DNA of 51,496 nt, from assembly GCF_001194135.2 (NCBI RefSeq), contig NC_068986.1, positions 96,164,985 to 96,216,480 of the forward strand. Direction: 5' to 3'. This document shows positions 1-11,929 of this stretch, piece after piece. Both the position numbers and the translations under genes were made by a program. The stretch is from Octopus bimaculoides. Lineage: Eukaryota. Every line of letters begins with the position of its first letter. The first letter of the stretch is position 1. Below the pieces are notes generated by a model that was given only the letters and a program-made list of their open reading frames with translations, searched no databases and had not been told where the DNA came from.

Positions 1-264
1 TATTCAATAAGACATATTCCATATATTCAATAAGACATTCAATACTTTATTTCATTGTACCATCCATTTTTATTTTATATTATATATTGCATATTATATT
101 ATATATTGTATATTCCATATTCTATATCCCACATTGGTTTTGCAGGAATATAAATAAAACATAAAAAACAGACAGTGTTGGAACTCTTTTAAACAAAATA
201 ATATATTCCTCTATACACAATCATACAAAACCCCTTTTTTTGTATTTATTTTTACTTGCATATA

Positions 265-300
<36 letters not shown>

Positions 301-784
301 AATAGATAGATACATACATACATACATATATACATACATACACACACATCTACGCATTCACGCACGCACGTACACACATAGTATGCATGTATATATAATG
401 TATAAATCTCGTGAAATGTTGACTGCACCGTGCAAAATGTCATGGAAAACCCTGACATGAATCATACATGTCATGAAGAATCATGACAAGTTATCCACAA
501 GTACTTATTATTATATATACTTATTTAGATATATATATTTTTAATTACTATTATATCAGCCTGAGACTGATAAACACAATGTAATCTATGTACGCTGTGG
601 GTAAAGTTTAAATGTTTTGTTATACTTGAGTTCTGATAGTCTTTAAGGTTGTCTTTTTCAAAAAATAAGTGATTTTACTTATCATATCCAATAAATGATA
701 ATGCTGCAGTATAAAATATTTATGTAATCCAAACTTAATGTTATCATATAAAAATAATGCATTAAGTTATTTTTTCCCTTTTGT

Positions 785-1035
785 TTTTACTTGTTTCAGT
801 TATCTGAATGTGGCAATGCTGGGGCGTCACGATGAAGAGTTTTAGTCGAGCAAATCAACAGCAGGGCTTATTCTTTTTTAAGCCTAATATTTATTCAATT
901 GGTCTCTTTTGCCAAACTGCTAAGTTAAGAGGATATAAACACACCAACACCTGTTGTCAAACAGTGATGAGGGTACAAACACAAAGATATGCACACATAG
1001 ATACATTCATACATACATACATACATACATACATA
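785..1035 (-). mobile_element. Family A SINE, 3' half plus internal (CATA)n; split from its head by an RTE insertion
   Basis: Reverse complement matches the 3' half of the intact copy at 6758-7185; its head resumes at 3228. Confidence 0.8.
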
Positions 1036-1038
1036 TTG

Positions 1039-2395
1039 CAGTTTGGGGTCATGCCAGGGCAAAGCACCACTGATGCTATATTTCTGGTAAGACAGCTGCG
1101 GGAGAAATACCTAGCCGAAGATAAACCTCTGTACCTGGCTTTCGTTGACATGGAGAAAGCCTTTGACAGGGTCCCCCGATCCCTTATCTGGTGGTCAATG
1201 AGGAAACTAGGGATAGATGAATGGTTAGTGAGAGCTGTGCGAGCCATGTACAGGGACGCTGTCAGTAAGGTGAGGGTTGGCAATGAGTACAGTGAAGAAT
1301 TCCGAGTAGAGGTAGAGGTCCACCAAGGTTCAGTCCTCAGCCCCCTCCGATTTATCATAGTCCTCCAGTCAATAACACAGGAATTCAAGACAGGATGCCC
1401 CTGGGAGCTCCTCTATGCTGATNNNNNNNNNNNNNNNNNNNNNNNNNNNNNNNNNNNNNNNNNNNNNNNNNNNNNNNNNNNNNNNNNNNNNNNNNNNNNN
1501 NNNNNNNNNNNNNNNNNNNNNNNNNNNNNNNNNNNNNNNNNNNNNNNNNNNNNNNNNNNNNNNNNNNNNNNNNNNNNNNNNNNNNNNNNNNNNNNNNNNN
1601 NNNNNNNNNNNNNNNNNNNNNNNNNNNNNNNNNNNNNNNNNNNNNNNNNNNNNNNNNNNNNNNNNNNNNNNNNNNNNNNNNNNNNNNNNNNNNNNNNNNN
1701 NNNNNNNNNNNNNNNNNNNNNNNNNNNNNNNNNNNNNNNNNNNNNNNNNNNNNNNNNNNNNNNNNNNNNNNNNNNNNNNNNNNNNNNNNNNNNNNNNNNN
1801 NNNNNNNNNNNNNNNNNNNNNNNNNNNNNNNNNNNNNNNNNNNNNNNNNNNNNNNNNNNNNNNNNNNNNNNNNNNNNNNNNNNNNNNNNNNNNNNNNNNN
1901 NNNNNNNNNNNNNNNNNNNNNNNNNNNNNNNNNNNNNNNNNNNTCTCACTCAGAGTAAAAGGCAGACTGTATGACGCATGTGTACGAACAGCCATGCTTC
2001 GTGGCAGTGAAACATGGGCCGTGACTGCTGAAGACATGCGTAGGCTCGCAAGGAATGAAGCCAGTATTCCCCGATGGATGTGTAATGTCAGTGTGCATAC
2101 TAGATAGAGTATCAGTACCTTGAGAGAAAAGTTGAACCTAAGAAGCCTAAGATGTCGTTTGAAAGAGAGATGACTGTGCTGGTATGGTCATGTGTTGCGA
2201 ATGAATGAGGACAGCTGTGTGAAAAAATGTCACACCCTAGCAGTTGAGGGAACCTGTGGAAGAGGTAGACCCAGGAAGACCTGGGATAAGGTGGTGAAGC
2301 ATGGCCTTCGAACACTGGGCCTTACTGAGGCAATGACTAGTGACAAAGACCTTTGGAGATATGCTGTGCTTGAGAAGACCCAACAAGCCAAGTGA
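1039..2395 (+). pseudogene. RTE ORF2 reverse transcriptase fragment with in-frame stops and a 521-N gap
   Basis: Track ORFs 808-1974, 1415-2107 and 2192-2395 are collinear pieces of one RTE ORF2; stops at 2105-2107 and near 2171. Confidence 0.9.
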
Positions 2396-2416
2396 GACCA
2401 TAACCTGTGGCCTATG

Positions 2417-3020
2417 CCAGTGGGTGTAACCAGCCCACTTATGAATACCCCTCATTCAGTGGACAATAAACTTTGCTTGCAAAGACCTATTGAGGCACGT
2501 GAAATCAAAATCAAAATCAAAATGACCGACATGGCCGATGACAGTACCACCTGATTCGCACTTGTGTCAGTGGAACGTTAAAAGCACATCCAAGTATGGG
2601 GTATAACCAGCCCACTTATGAGTACCCCTTATTCATTGGACAATAAACTTTGCTTGCAAAGACCTATTGAAGCAAGTGAAATCACAATCAAAATTGCTGA
2701 TGTGGCCGATGACAGTACTGCCTGATTGACACTTGTGCCAGTGGAACGTTAAAAGCACCTCTGAGCGTGATTGTTGCCAGGGCCACAGATTGGCTCCCGT
2801 GCCGGTGGCACGTAAAAAGCACCGTTCGAGCGTGATCATTGCAAGTGTTACCTTACCGGCACTTGTACCGGTGGCACGTGAAAAACAACATTCGAGCGTG
2901 GTCGTTGCCAGTGCTGCCAGACTGGCTCCCGTGCAGGTAGCACATAAAAAACACCTTTTGAGCATGGTTGTTGCCATAACCGCCTGACTGGCCCTCGTAC
3001 CGGTGACACGTAAAAGCACC
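2417..3020 (+). repeat. Tandem repeats in the RTE 3'UTR: a ~175-bp duplication followed by 66-bp units
   Basis: 2417-2590 is similar to 2591-2760; GGTGGCACGTAAAA-like motif starts at 2804, 2870, 2936 and 3002. Confidence 0.85.
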
Positions 3021-3227
3021 TANNNNNNNNNNNNNNNNNNNNNNNNNNNNNNNNNGGAATGGTTGGCATTAGGAAGGGCATCCAGCTGTAGAAACTTTGC
3101 CAGATTAGATTGGAGCCTGGTGCAGCCTTCTGGCTCGCCAGTCCTCAGTCAAATTGCCAACCCATGCCAGTATGGAAAGTGGGCGTTAAACGACGACGAC
3201 GACGCCGCCGACGATGATGATGATGAT

Positions 3228-3390
3228 ATATGACAAGCTTTTTTCAGTTTCTATCTACCAAATCCACTTACAAGGCTTTGGTAGGCCTGAAGCTATAGTA
3301 GGAGACACTTGCCCAAGGTGCCATGCAGTGGGACTGTACCTGGAACCACGTGGGTGGGAAGCAAGTTTCTTACCACATAGTCACACCTTT
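3228..3390 (-). mobile_element. Family A SINE head (tRNA-derived, CORE-like central motif)
   Basis: Reverse complement contains box A/B-like motifs and GGCACCTTGGGCAAGTGTC, resembling the CORE-SINE CCTTGGGCAAGT motif. Confidence 0.8.
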
Positions 3391-5546
3391 TTAGCAAGTA
3401 ATCCGTAATTTGCTTCTTATTTTTTACTTGTTTCAGTCATTGGACTGTGGCTATGCTGAGGCACGACCTTGAAAGGCTTTTGTGTTTTGCAGAGGAGGAT
3501 TTATCAGCCATGTAGTGAGAATTTTTGGTCACCAGTGGGACTGCAATGTTGGAGGAGAATGGTGTATTGTTGAAGACCATCCTTGTGTGGTCTAGCTGGC
3601 CATGATTTAATAAATGAAGCAAACGTCCAAACTTTTGACTTTTAACATATTTATGGCTGGATATGGTTTATTGTGTTTGCTGTTTCCAAAAGAACGATAC
3701 TGATAAATATAACAGCTGACTGAGAGGAGAGAACTGCAATTTGTCTGTAGAAGGTTAACTGTGGTATATTGTAGGTGAGTGCTCAAGATCATCTGCACGA
3801 ATGTCTGAGGCTGTCTGTCAAGGCCATCTTCTTGAGTTAGGCACCAAACGGTTTTTATAGGGTAAAGAAGAGGCAAGTTTTAGATCATTTGAGGAGCTAT
3901 TTCATGCCACAGCTTCATGTGAAACTGTGGTGGCTCACTTGAGGATTCTTGCGGTAGCAGATCAAATCCCTACGAGTGAAATGCAGTTTGGTAGACGGAA
4001 AGTAATTAGTAAAGGAGTGTTTAGTGAAAGTTATTTATAGTACAAAATATTGAATATTTTGCTAAATTTTTCGAGAAAAGTGAGGGATTTACCCAGTCGG
4101 ACTCCAGTTGTTGGGTTTAACAGTACTTGCTTGACATCCCTTCACACAGTGCTTTACGAAGGATACGATAATTTTTAAGTTCATCACACTCTGGATAAGA
4201 TGCAATGGACGCTCTGCTTTCTGAGTGAAATTCTTTTTTTGTACAGTGTTAGAATCCTATGCAGTGTCAGACGTACACTCAATCATCAGAAACATACAAA
4301 TTAAGTTTTGACTCAACCAACAAGACTTTTGACTTGTCTAACGACATCCAATTCTCATACTTGTTGTCCAGCCAGTATAACACTGTTGCTACTACTGCTG
4401 CTTGTTGCCAATACTGCTACTGACGATGACGGCGATAATAAAAATGACGACGACAGCAAAGTAATGCAACAACAAAAACAACAAACCAGAACAGAAATAA
4501 AACAAAATATATATGAAACCCAATGCAATATAACAAAGTGAGCATTCTTGTTGTTAATCCAAGCACGACACACACCCATGCACACAGAGGCACACATACA
4601 CACAAACGTACACATGTACGCACACACACACACATATGACAACAAACATATGCATTCATACACAAAACATTCTTCTTAAAGTGATTGCAGCCAAGATGCA
4701 TTTCACCACGCCTCATGAAGAATCTCTGTCCTCCGTTAGTTTTATCAAATCCATAATTTCACACATATTTCAACCAATGATATGAAAGTAGGTGAGTAGT
4801 TTTTCTCTTATTAGGGAGCAGACGTCTCCATAATATAACATCCGGTATGGCCAGGTGTTCAGCATGAGAGCAGTGACATGAAAAGCCTACTCTGCGTTAA
4901 GCAACAATAGTAAGGATTAATTTGAATGTGTCAATAAATTTCTTCTTTGGTCCTTTTCTCATAAACAAAATATTTTGAGGTCTCATAGTTAGCCTGAAGG
5001 ACGTACAATCACAACGATTTTTAGACTCTTTCTTCATAGTTCAGGTTTTGGCCCAGAAGTTCGCCATTTTTGTTCATTTTGAAATAATTGATTGCCAGAT
5101 GTAAAGCATGCTAAAAGCACTTCAGGTTTGTCCCATGCATTTAAAAATGTCTTTCTTACTATCACTAATATAGTGTATGGATTCGAACCCCAACTGTATG
5201 ATAATCAATTAAGCATCATGTGTGAGCAACCACAGTTTCAGTGTGAAGGTGTGCATATGGCTCGTCGAATGATTCAAAATCGCCTCTTCTTCATCCTATA
5301 AAAACCGTTTGGCGTCTAACTCAGAACAAATTAACTTCAACCATACATAGACACATACATAAGTGTGTATGTGTAGATATAATACGAATATATATATATG
5401 TACTAGACTACCAGTGACCTGTTGGGCCACCTAAAAAGTCTAAGTTTCCCAGCAATGGAGTTTTGTTTCATGGTTTTTTTTATTCTAGGTTATTTTGCAT
5501 GCTTTCAACGAAATCATGTGTAAATGGCTCTTTTCCCCAGAAATGG

Positions 5547-5665
5547 AAAGATTTGGCTGCTATCTCTTAGACGCCCTGCTACCACGTAACAGGTATTTTG
5601 GGTCCTTTATCGTAAATAGCTGTTTCGTGGTAGCAGGGCATGCTAGAAATAGCAGCCAAATCTTT
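5547..5665. repeat. Inverted repeat, 40-bp arms and 39-bp spacer (family D fragments in opposite orientation)
   Basis: AAAGATTTGGCTGCTAT...GCCCTGCTACCACG (5547-5586) versus its reverse complement at 5626-5665. Confidence 0.85.
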
Positions 5666-5723
5666 GGAGTTGAGATACGTTGAAAGCACTCGAAAAAGTT
5701 TTTGTAATGGTATTCCTTTGGGG

Positions 5724-5962
5724 CGATCTTTTGCTTTGACTCTCAGAACTGTCATCTAGATCAGCTCGTCTTGTTCGTTAATTTTCGTAAAAATTTGTTA
5801 TTTATTTACTTTTGTTTTAAAGTGAAAGAGAGGAGAAAGTAAAAGATATATAAATGTGTATATGAAAAGGACGTGCGCGTATGTGTGTGCGTGTGTGTGT
5901 GAGAGAGAGAGCTATAGTGCCACTTACACATACATGAGAACACACACGTTCGCTCACTCACA

Positions 5963-6002
<40 letters not shown>

Positions 6003-6012
6003 NNNNNNNNNN

Positions 6013-6046
<34 letters not shown>

Positions 6047-6193
6047 TCTCTCGCTCGCTCTCTCTCACACACACATGCACACGCACATACAAAAAAGATG
6101 TACACATATATAGTGATGTATGCACGTATACATGACAACACACCCCTTCACTCACTCTCTCTCTCTTTCTCTCTCATTTTCTCTCTCTCTCGC

Positions 6194-6247
<54 letters not shown>

Positions 6248-6384
6248 GTCCATTTCATATACATATACATACATCTTTCACTTTCTCTTCCCTTTCACTT
6301 TAAAACAAAAGTAAATAAATAAATAAAAATTACGGAAATTAACGAACTCTGGATGACAGTTCTGAGAGTCAAAGCGAAAGATCG
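5724..6384. mobile_element. Foldback-like element or long-TIR MITE, ~190-bp arms around a microsatellite core
   Basis: 5724-~5912 is the reverse complement of ~6195-6384, including mirrored (GT)n(GA)n versus (CT)n(CA)n; no TSD seen. Confidence 0.7.
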
Positions 6385-6757
6385 ACATTCACTTGAAAAT
6401 AATTAACAAAAAATAAAAATATTGTCTGTTTAAAGAAAGCTTAAATATAAATATTTACTGTACAAACAACTTAAATTTTTTAAATCACATTCATTTAAAA
6501 ATATTTCTAAATGATAAAAATATCGTGTACGTTTTTTNNNNNNNNNNNNNNNNNNNNNNNNNNNNNNNNNNNNNNNNNNNNNNNNNNNNNNNNNNNNNNN
6601 NNNNNNNNNNNNNNNNNNNNNNNNNNNNNNNNNNNNNNNNNNNNNNNNNNNNNNNNNNNNNNNNNNNNNNNNNNNNNNNNNNNNNNNNNNNNNNNNNNNN
6701 NNNNNNNNNNNNNNNNNNNNNNNNNNNNNNNNNNNNNNNNNTATATACACATATATA

Positions 6758-7185
6758 AGTGCAGGAGTGGTTGTATGGTAAGTAGCTTGTTTACCAACCA
6801 CATGGTTCCGAGTTTAGTCCCACTGCGTGGAACCTTGGTCAAGTGTTTTCTACTATAACCTCGGGCCGACCAAAGCGTTGTGAGTGGATTTGGTAGACGG
6901 AAACTGAAAGAATTCCGTCGTATATATATGTGTGGGTCTGTGTGTGCATGTGTGTGTGTTTGTGTGTGTGTGTGTGGATGTATTTTTGTGTGTCTGTATT
7001 TGTGCCCCCAACCATCGCTTGACAACCGATGCTGGTGTGTTTACGTCCCCCTGACTTAGCGGTTCGGTAAAAGAGACCAATAGAATAAGTACTAGGCTTA
7101 CAAAGAATAAGTCCTGGGGTTGATTTGCTCGACTAAAGGCGGTGTTCCAGCATGGCCGCAGTCAAATGACTAAAAGAATAAAAGA
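6758..7185 (+). mobile_element. Full-length family A SINE (~430 bp): tRNA-like head, CORE-like motif, internal (GT)n, unique 3' half
   Basis: Head GCAGGAGTGGTTGTATGGTAAG...AGTCCC; many partial copies in the window. Resembles published tRNA-derived octopus SINEs, family name not assigned. Confidence 0.85.
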
Positions 7186-7251
<66 letters not shown>

Positions 7252-7264
7252 ACGCATGTGTGTA

Positions 7265-7408
7265 CAGAGGCAGGCCGAAGAGGGTGCTGAGGGGCATGTG
7301 CCGCCCTCAAGAAAGGAAGTGCACTCTTCTAAATAATGTTACTACGTTCTTTTCTCCTGGAATTGATTTCCTTATGACCTTGTACTCACCCTTCGAAAAA
7401 TGCTGCTG
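7265..7408. mobile_element. Possible decayed hAT-type MITE
   Basis: CAG...CTG ends and a GGGGCATGTGCCGCCC subterminal motif; TSD unconvincing because it sits in a microsatellite. Confidence 0.3.
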
Positions 7409-8329
7409 TATGTATGAATGGATGGATGGATACACAAACAGACACACACATGCGTATGTGCACTCGTGTCTAACACTAGGACGTGGGAAGACCTTTCACT
7501 GCAGAAATAGTCCTATAAGCAAAATTATATGAGTGTGTGTGTCTGTGTGTGAGTATTTATGTATGTATGCTTGTATATGTCTATATATGTATGTATATAC
7601 ACACACACACACACACAAACATATATATATATATATATATATATATACGCTTGTATATATGTGTATGTATGTATGTATGTATATATGTGTGTGTGTGTGT
7701 ATGTATGCATATATGTATGTATGTATGTATGTATATACTTAAAATTCACTAATAAGGCTTTCAAATATATAACTGTAGAGGTATCTACATTATACATATT
7801 TCAAGTATTACACAGTGTTCTCTATATTATATATCTACATTTCACAAATACACGCACGTACTCGAACACACAAAACGCGCACACACACATACACACGCAC
7901 CACACACACATACACACACACACACACGAATAAATTTAGAAAGTAATACGTAGAATTCGTTATAGAAACTATAATACAATCGCAAATCAACAGCTGAGAC
8001 ATATTAAACAAAGTAAATATATGGATTAGGCTTATCTTCTCAGAGACGTAGAAATAATTCTAATCCATAGATGTATATTAATACTTGTCTCGGTTGTTGA
8101 TTTGCTATTGTACCACTCTTTGTATAACGAATTATCTCTCTCTTTCTCTCTCTGTCTGCCTCTGTTTGGCTGCCTGTCAGTCTCTCTTTGTTATACATTT
8201 ATGGATACATAAATACATACATGTGTGTGTGCGCGCGCGCGTGTATACAGACATATACACACATATTAGTATAAATGCATACAAATAAACATACACACAC
8301 ACATACACACGGATAAGACCTTAACAATC

Positions 8330-9440
8330 CAGTTTTCACACGGATAAAACTAGAAAAGAAGATTAAAGTAAAAACCATTGAAGCTGCACTAGTGAGTTCC
8401 TATGAAGAAGAAAGATCATAGAAAGAACATTTGATGCTTAAGCGGATAAAATCATATCCGAGAGATTTCTTCCGCTATGCACGATAGTTTCCAGTTCTGA
8501 AAGCAAAATCAGTTCGCATCAATACCAAGATAGGCCGTATATAGAAGATCCTTCATATGTGCATTGCCTGCTTAAAGAGCAATATGAAAGTATCATTTCC
8601 CAGCTAAGGAATGAACAATCTATTGAACACCCTAATATATTCAACAAGACAGCGGTTTCTCACAGCGACTTAACGAATAAAAAGTTAACCAGAACAAGAT
8701 TTCATCAAATCAAAGAGCTATCTAGACGCAAATTTGAACCCAAGACCAGACAGCCTTCTAGATCTGCTCCAAAAATCAGAGCTATTTAGATGATGGATGA
8801 CTACCAGAAAGGCTGAAAGAAATGCTGATACGGTTTCGTAAAGGTAGCCATAGCGTACAAATAAGCAATTGCATACCTGTGTAACTTACATCACACCTTT
8901 CGTAAGTCCTGGAGAAACTCATATGCAAAAGAGGTAATAAACTATTTAGACCAATAGAAGCTTTTTAACAGTACCCTGAAAAAACTATCACGCAGTTTTT
9001 TTACGATTAGGACAACTAAACTCTGAAAAGTCTGTTTTCTAGATTTATGATTGACTGTGTATACTTTGATTTTGCCAAATTCTTTGATAAAGCCGACCGT
9101 GGAATCTGAAAAACATAGGAAGGTGAGCATTTGGATTTCTGATTTTCTAAAAGGCCGAACGAAATCATATAGAAGCCATAGGAATCCCGTTCGTGGTGAT
9201 AATTGAAGTGGTACATGACACTGTTCAGAGTCCTGTTTTGTTCCTCATAATGTTGTCAGACATAGTCCAAAATATAAATTAAGCCGCATTCAGTAGCCAA
9301 GCAGACGACACTAGAGAGACGCTCAAGATCAAAACAAGCAATATCTCTATGCACCCACGAAACCAAGACGCCATATACAAATTGGATAAATGACAATAAT
9401 ATATCGTTCAACACCACAGAATTCCATGCCTTCGATTACA
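8330..9440 (+). pseudogene. Heavily decayed CR1/L2-like LINE ORF2 fragment
   Basis: Residual motifs KRIKSYPRDFFRYAR, DCVYFDFAKFFDK (~9053-9092), ADDTR (~9300) and W..DNNISFN (~9385), with many stops and frameshifts. Confidence 0.7.
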
Positions 9441-9720
9441 GTAAGATTTGCAACTGTTTAATTTGAGTCTATCATTTCACCACCCACTCCTGACATTCTA
9501 CCAACTCTACCACCTTCACAAATAATAATAATGATTTCTAATACTGGTACACAGCTGCATACACTCGAAATCGCTTGTTATCGAATGATTATTGCCATCA
9601 AAATTAATAGGACCCCTTAAGACGGCGAACTGGCAGAATTGTTACCGCATCGGACAAAATGATTAACTTCCGAATTTATGTTCTAAATTGTAATGCCACC
9701 GGAATCCACTTTGCTTTTCA

Positions 9721-9914
9721 GGTAAATTTTCAGATTAACACCCGCACGATTTTCAGTAGTGTGTTAGGGTTAGGGTTAGGGTTTTAGGGTTAGGGTTAGG
9801 GTTTTAGGGTTAGGGTTAGTGTTTTAGGGTTAAGGTTAGGGTTAGGGTTAGGGACGGAATTCCCACTCTAACACCCTAGTGAAAATCGTGCGGGTGTTAA
9901 TCTGAAAATTAACC
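9721..9914. mobile_element. 194-bp MITE with 47-bp TIRs and an 8-bp TSD (Merlin-like) carrying telomeric repeats
   Basis: TIRs 9721-9767 and 9868-9914 (44/47 matched), starting GGT(A/T)A; TSD GCTTTTCA at 9713-9720 and 9915-9922. Confidence 0.9.
9764..9853 (+). repeat. Interstitial telomeric repeat, 14 TTAGGG-type hexamers
   Basis: [(TTAGGG)3 TT]x3 followed by five hexamers; two variant units (TTAGTG, TTAAGG). Confidence 0.97.
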
Positions 9915-11420
9915 GCTTTTCATTCTTCGTGGGCCATGCAATCGACTTAATCTTCCCCCGAAATTACTGGCCTTGTGCCAAAATTTAAGATCAAAATGAA
10001 TAGGACCTAAACTTATTTGTTTAATGCTAGCTGATTATTTTTACGGAAAAAGTTTCATCCTAAGTTATCATAATAAATGGCTTTCACCGAATTTGTTGGA
10101 AGAATATTAACTTGACTACTACTTTATTTTATCAACTCTAGATGTAAAATTTCAGAACTCATGGTTCACCAAATATACAACAAATCCAATAAGAATGTCC
10201 ATAAACAGATTGGAGTACAAAGAATTGAATTACTGAAAGCAAACTGTCCCCTCTCATTTGTAGCATATTCTTTCAACATCGCTATGGATGTCCTGTTTAA
10301 TGCCATGCGTGGGCCCTCGACTCCAAATGAAGTTGTTGGGATGTCGTTCTGATGTACACCTGTCTTTGAAAAAAATTTCAGACCTGGTGAAGCCTACTAC
10401 TCTCCGGGTTTCAAAGCAGCAGTTTCTTCTAGAAAAAGAAAGAATCAAAGAAACAAAGATAAAGAATGATGAATCGGTCCTAGTACGGTGCTGGTACTTT
10501 ATTTATCGACTCCGAAAGGACGAGCTAAGCTCACTCTACTTGCAGAGGCCGCTGGTTGAACTTTCTTTTTTGCACATTGATGTTTCTGCACATGTTGTAC
10601 CAGTTTGGGTTGTGCAATTATCCTGTGCAGCAACATAGATTTGTGAACCATCGTAGATTGATGGCTAGTTTTTGACATGCAGACGTCTTAAACACACACA
10701 CATACACTGTCACCACCACCACCACAACAACAACAACAATACAATAACACAAGCCATGTGGCAATAACGAAACAGTTCTGGTCTTACGGCATTGTCTGAT
10801 ATGTACTGATAATTAAGTTAACCGTGTATTCGAGATGAAATATAGAAAGAACATAGGACAGGAAGGGCCTAAAATTTTTAGTAGTTAGGGAGACGAGTAA
10901 AGCACGATGATGGTCGTATACAGCACTTCAAGTAACGAAAGTAAGCTGGTTGTCATATTTCAGTATGTGGTTTTGTGGGTAGATTCATGATGTCCTGGAC
11001 GGATGGCATTGGACTTAGGACGGAGAACCGAGCAGTGATTCAGAAGCAGATAATGCATCGTTTCGGAGGTTTGTAAGGAGAAAAAAACAACACCGGAGCT
11101 CAGAGAAAAGTACACGCGTCAGATGTTATCTATTTGGAAACTGCATCCATAAAAAAAAAACTTGTGGTTCCTAAAATTTGTTGACACAACTCCTGTGCAC
11201 CCTTTTTTCTTTGTGGCTCTCTTACAGCTCCTTTTCTTGTCTTTTTTGTTTTTCTTTTATATAGTGTCCTGTGCATGCACATTTGGCTTTCATTGCTACT
11301 TTTTTTTAGTTGATTTATTACTGCTTTCTGTTCCCTCTTTTACCCTTTTTACGACGAGTTGTAATACACTTGAGTACTGCATATAATAAACGCGTTGCTG
11401 TGGCTGTTGTTCTTGTTGTT

Positions 11421-11530
11421 AAGGCGGCGAGTTGGTAGAAACTTTAGTGCTTCGGACAAAATGCTTAGCGGCATTTCTTCCGGCTCTTTACGTTCTGACT
11501 TCAAATACCGCTGAGGTTAACTTTGCCATA
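11421..11530 (+). mobile_element. Family B SINE head fragment
   Basis: GGCGGCGAGTTGGTAGAA...ACGTTCTGACTTCAAATACC...AACTTTGCC. Confidence 0.75.
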
Positions 11531-11540
11531 AACTATAATT

Positions 11541-11588
<48 letters not shown>

Positions 11589-11860
11589 ATGTACTAATAC
11601 GACACGCACATCCGGTACGTGAGTGCAAGTTTATCGCATGCACTCGCATATGTACAGCACACACAGGTATATGCACACCTGATGCAATTCTGATAAAGGC
11701 TAAACTGCAAGAGCTGTCTTGACTTAAACAAAAGAGCCTTGCTACTTTGTTAGTGATCTGCTTGAATTCTGCAGAAGAAAGAATTCAAATAAATTTCAAA
11801 GAAATATATTTGTAAACATACACACTTACTCACTCACGCACACACGCATGCATATCTGCA

Positions 11861-11916
<56 letters not shown>

Positions 11917-11929
11917 GACGTGTATCTTT

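Larger units (their letters stand above)
1036..3227 (+). mobile_element. 5'-truncated RTE-clade LINE (RT, C-terminus, repetitive 3'UTR, (GAC/GAT)n tail)
   Basis: RT motifs QFGVMPGQSTTDAIF, LAFVDMEKAFDRVP, HQGSVLSP, LLYAD; C-terminal WYGHVLRM and GRGRPRKTW; ORF stop at 2395; trinucleotide tail ending at 3227. Confidence 0.95.
9620..9990 (+). mobile_element. Old family B SINE, interrupted by the telomeric MITE
   Basis: GGCGAACTGGCAGAATTGTTA head; TTTGCTTTTCA|TTCTTCG core split at the TSD; AATCGACTTAA and GGCCTTGTGCC downstream. Confidence 0.7.

Noticed and set aside
1-60. 23-bp tandem duplication, and short 10-15-bp tandem repeats at 15801 and 17866
   Set aside because: Ordinary slippage products.
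3500-4290. Non-repetitive-looking segment as an exon or LINE remnant
   Set aside because: No recognisable protein motif in any frame. A ~30-bp inverted match to ~5295-5325 suggests an old repeat but is too short to call.
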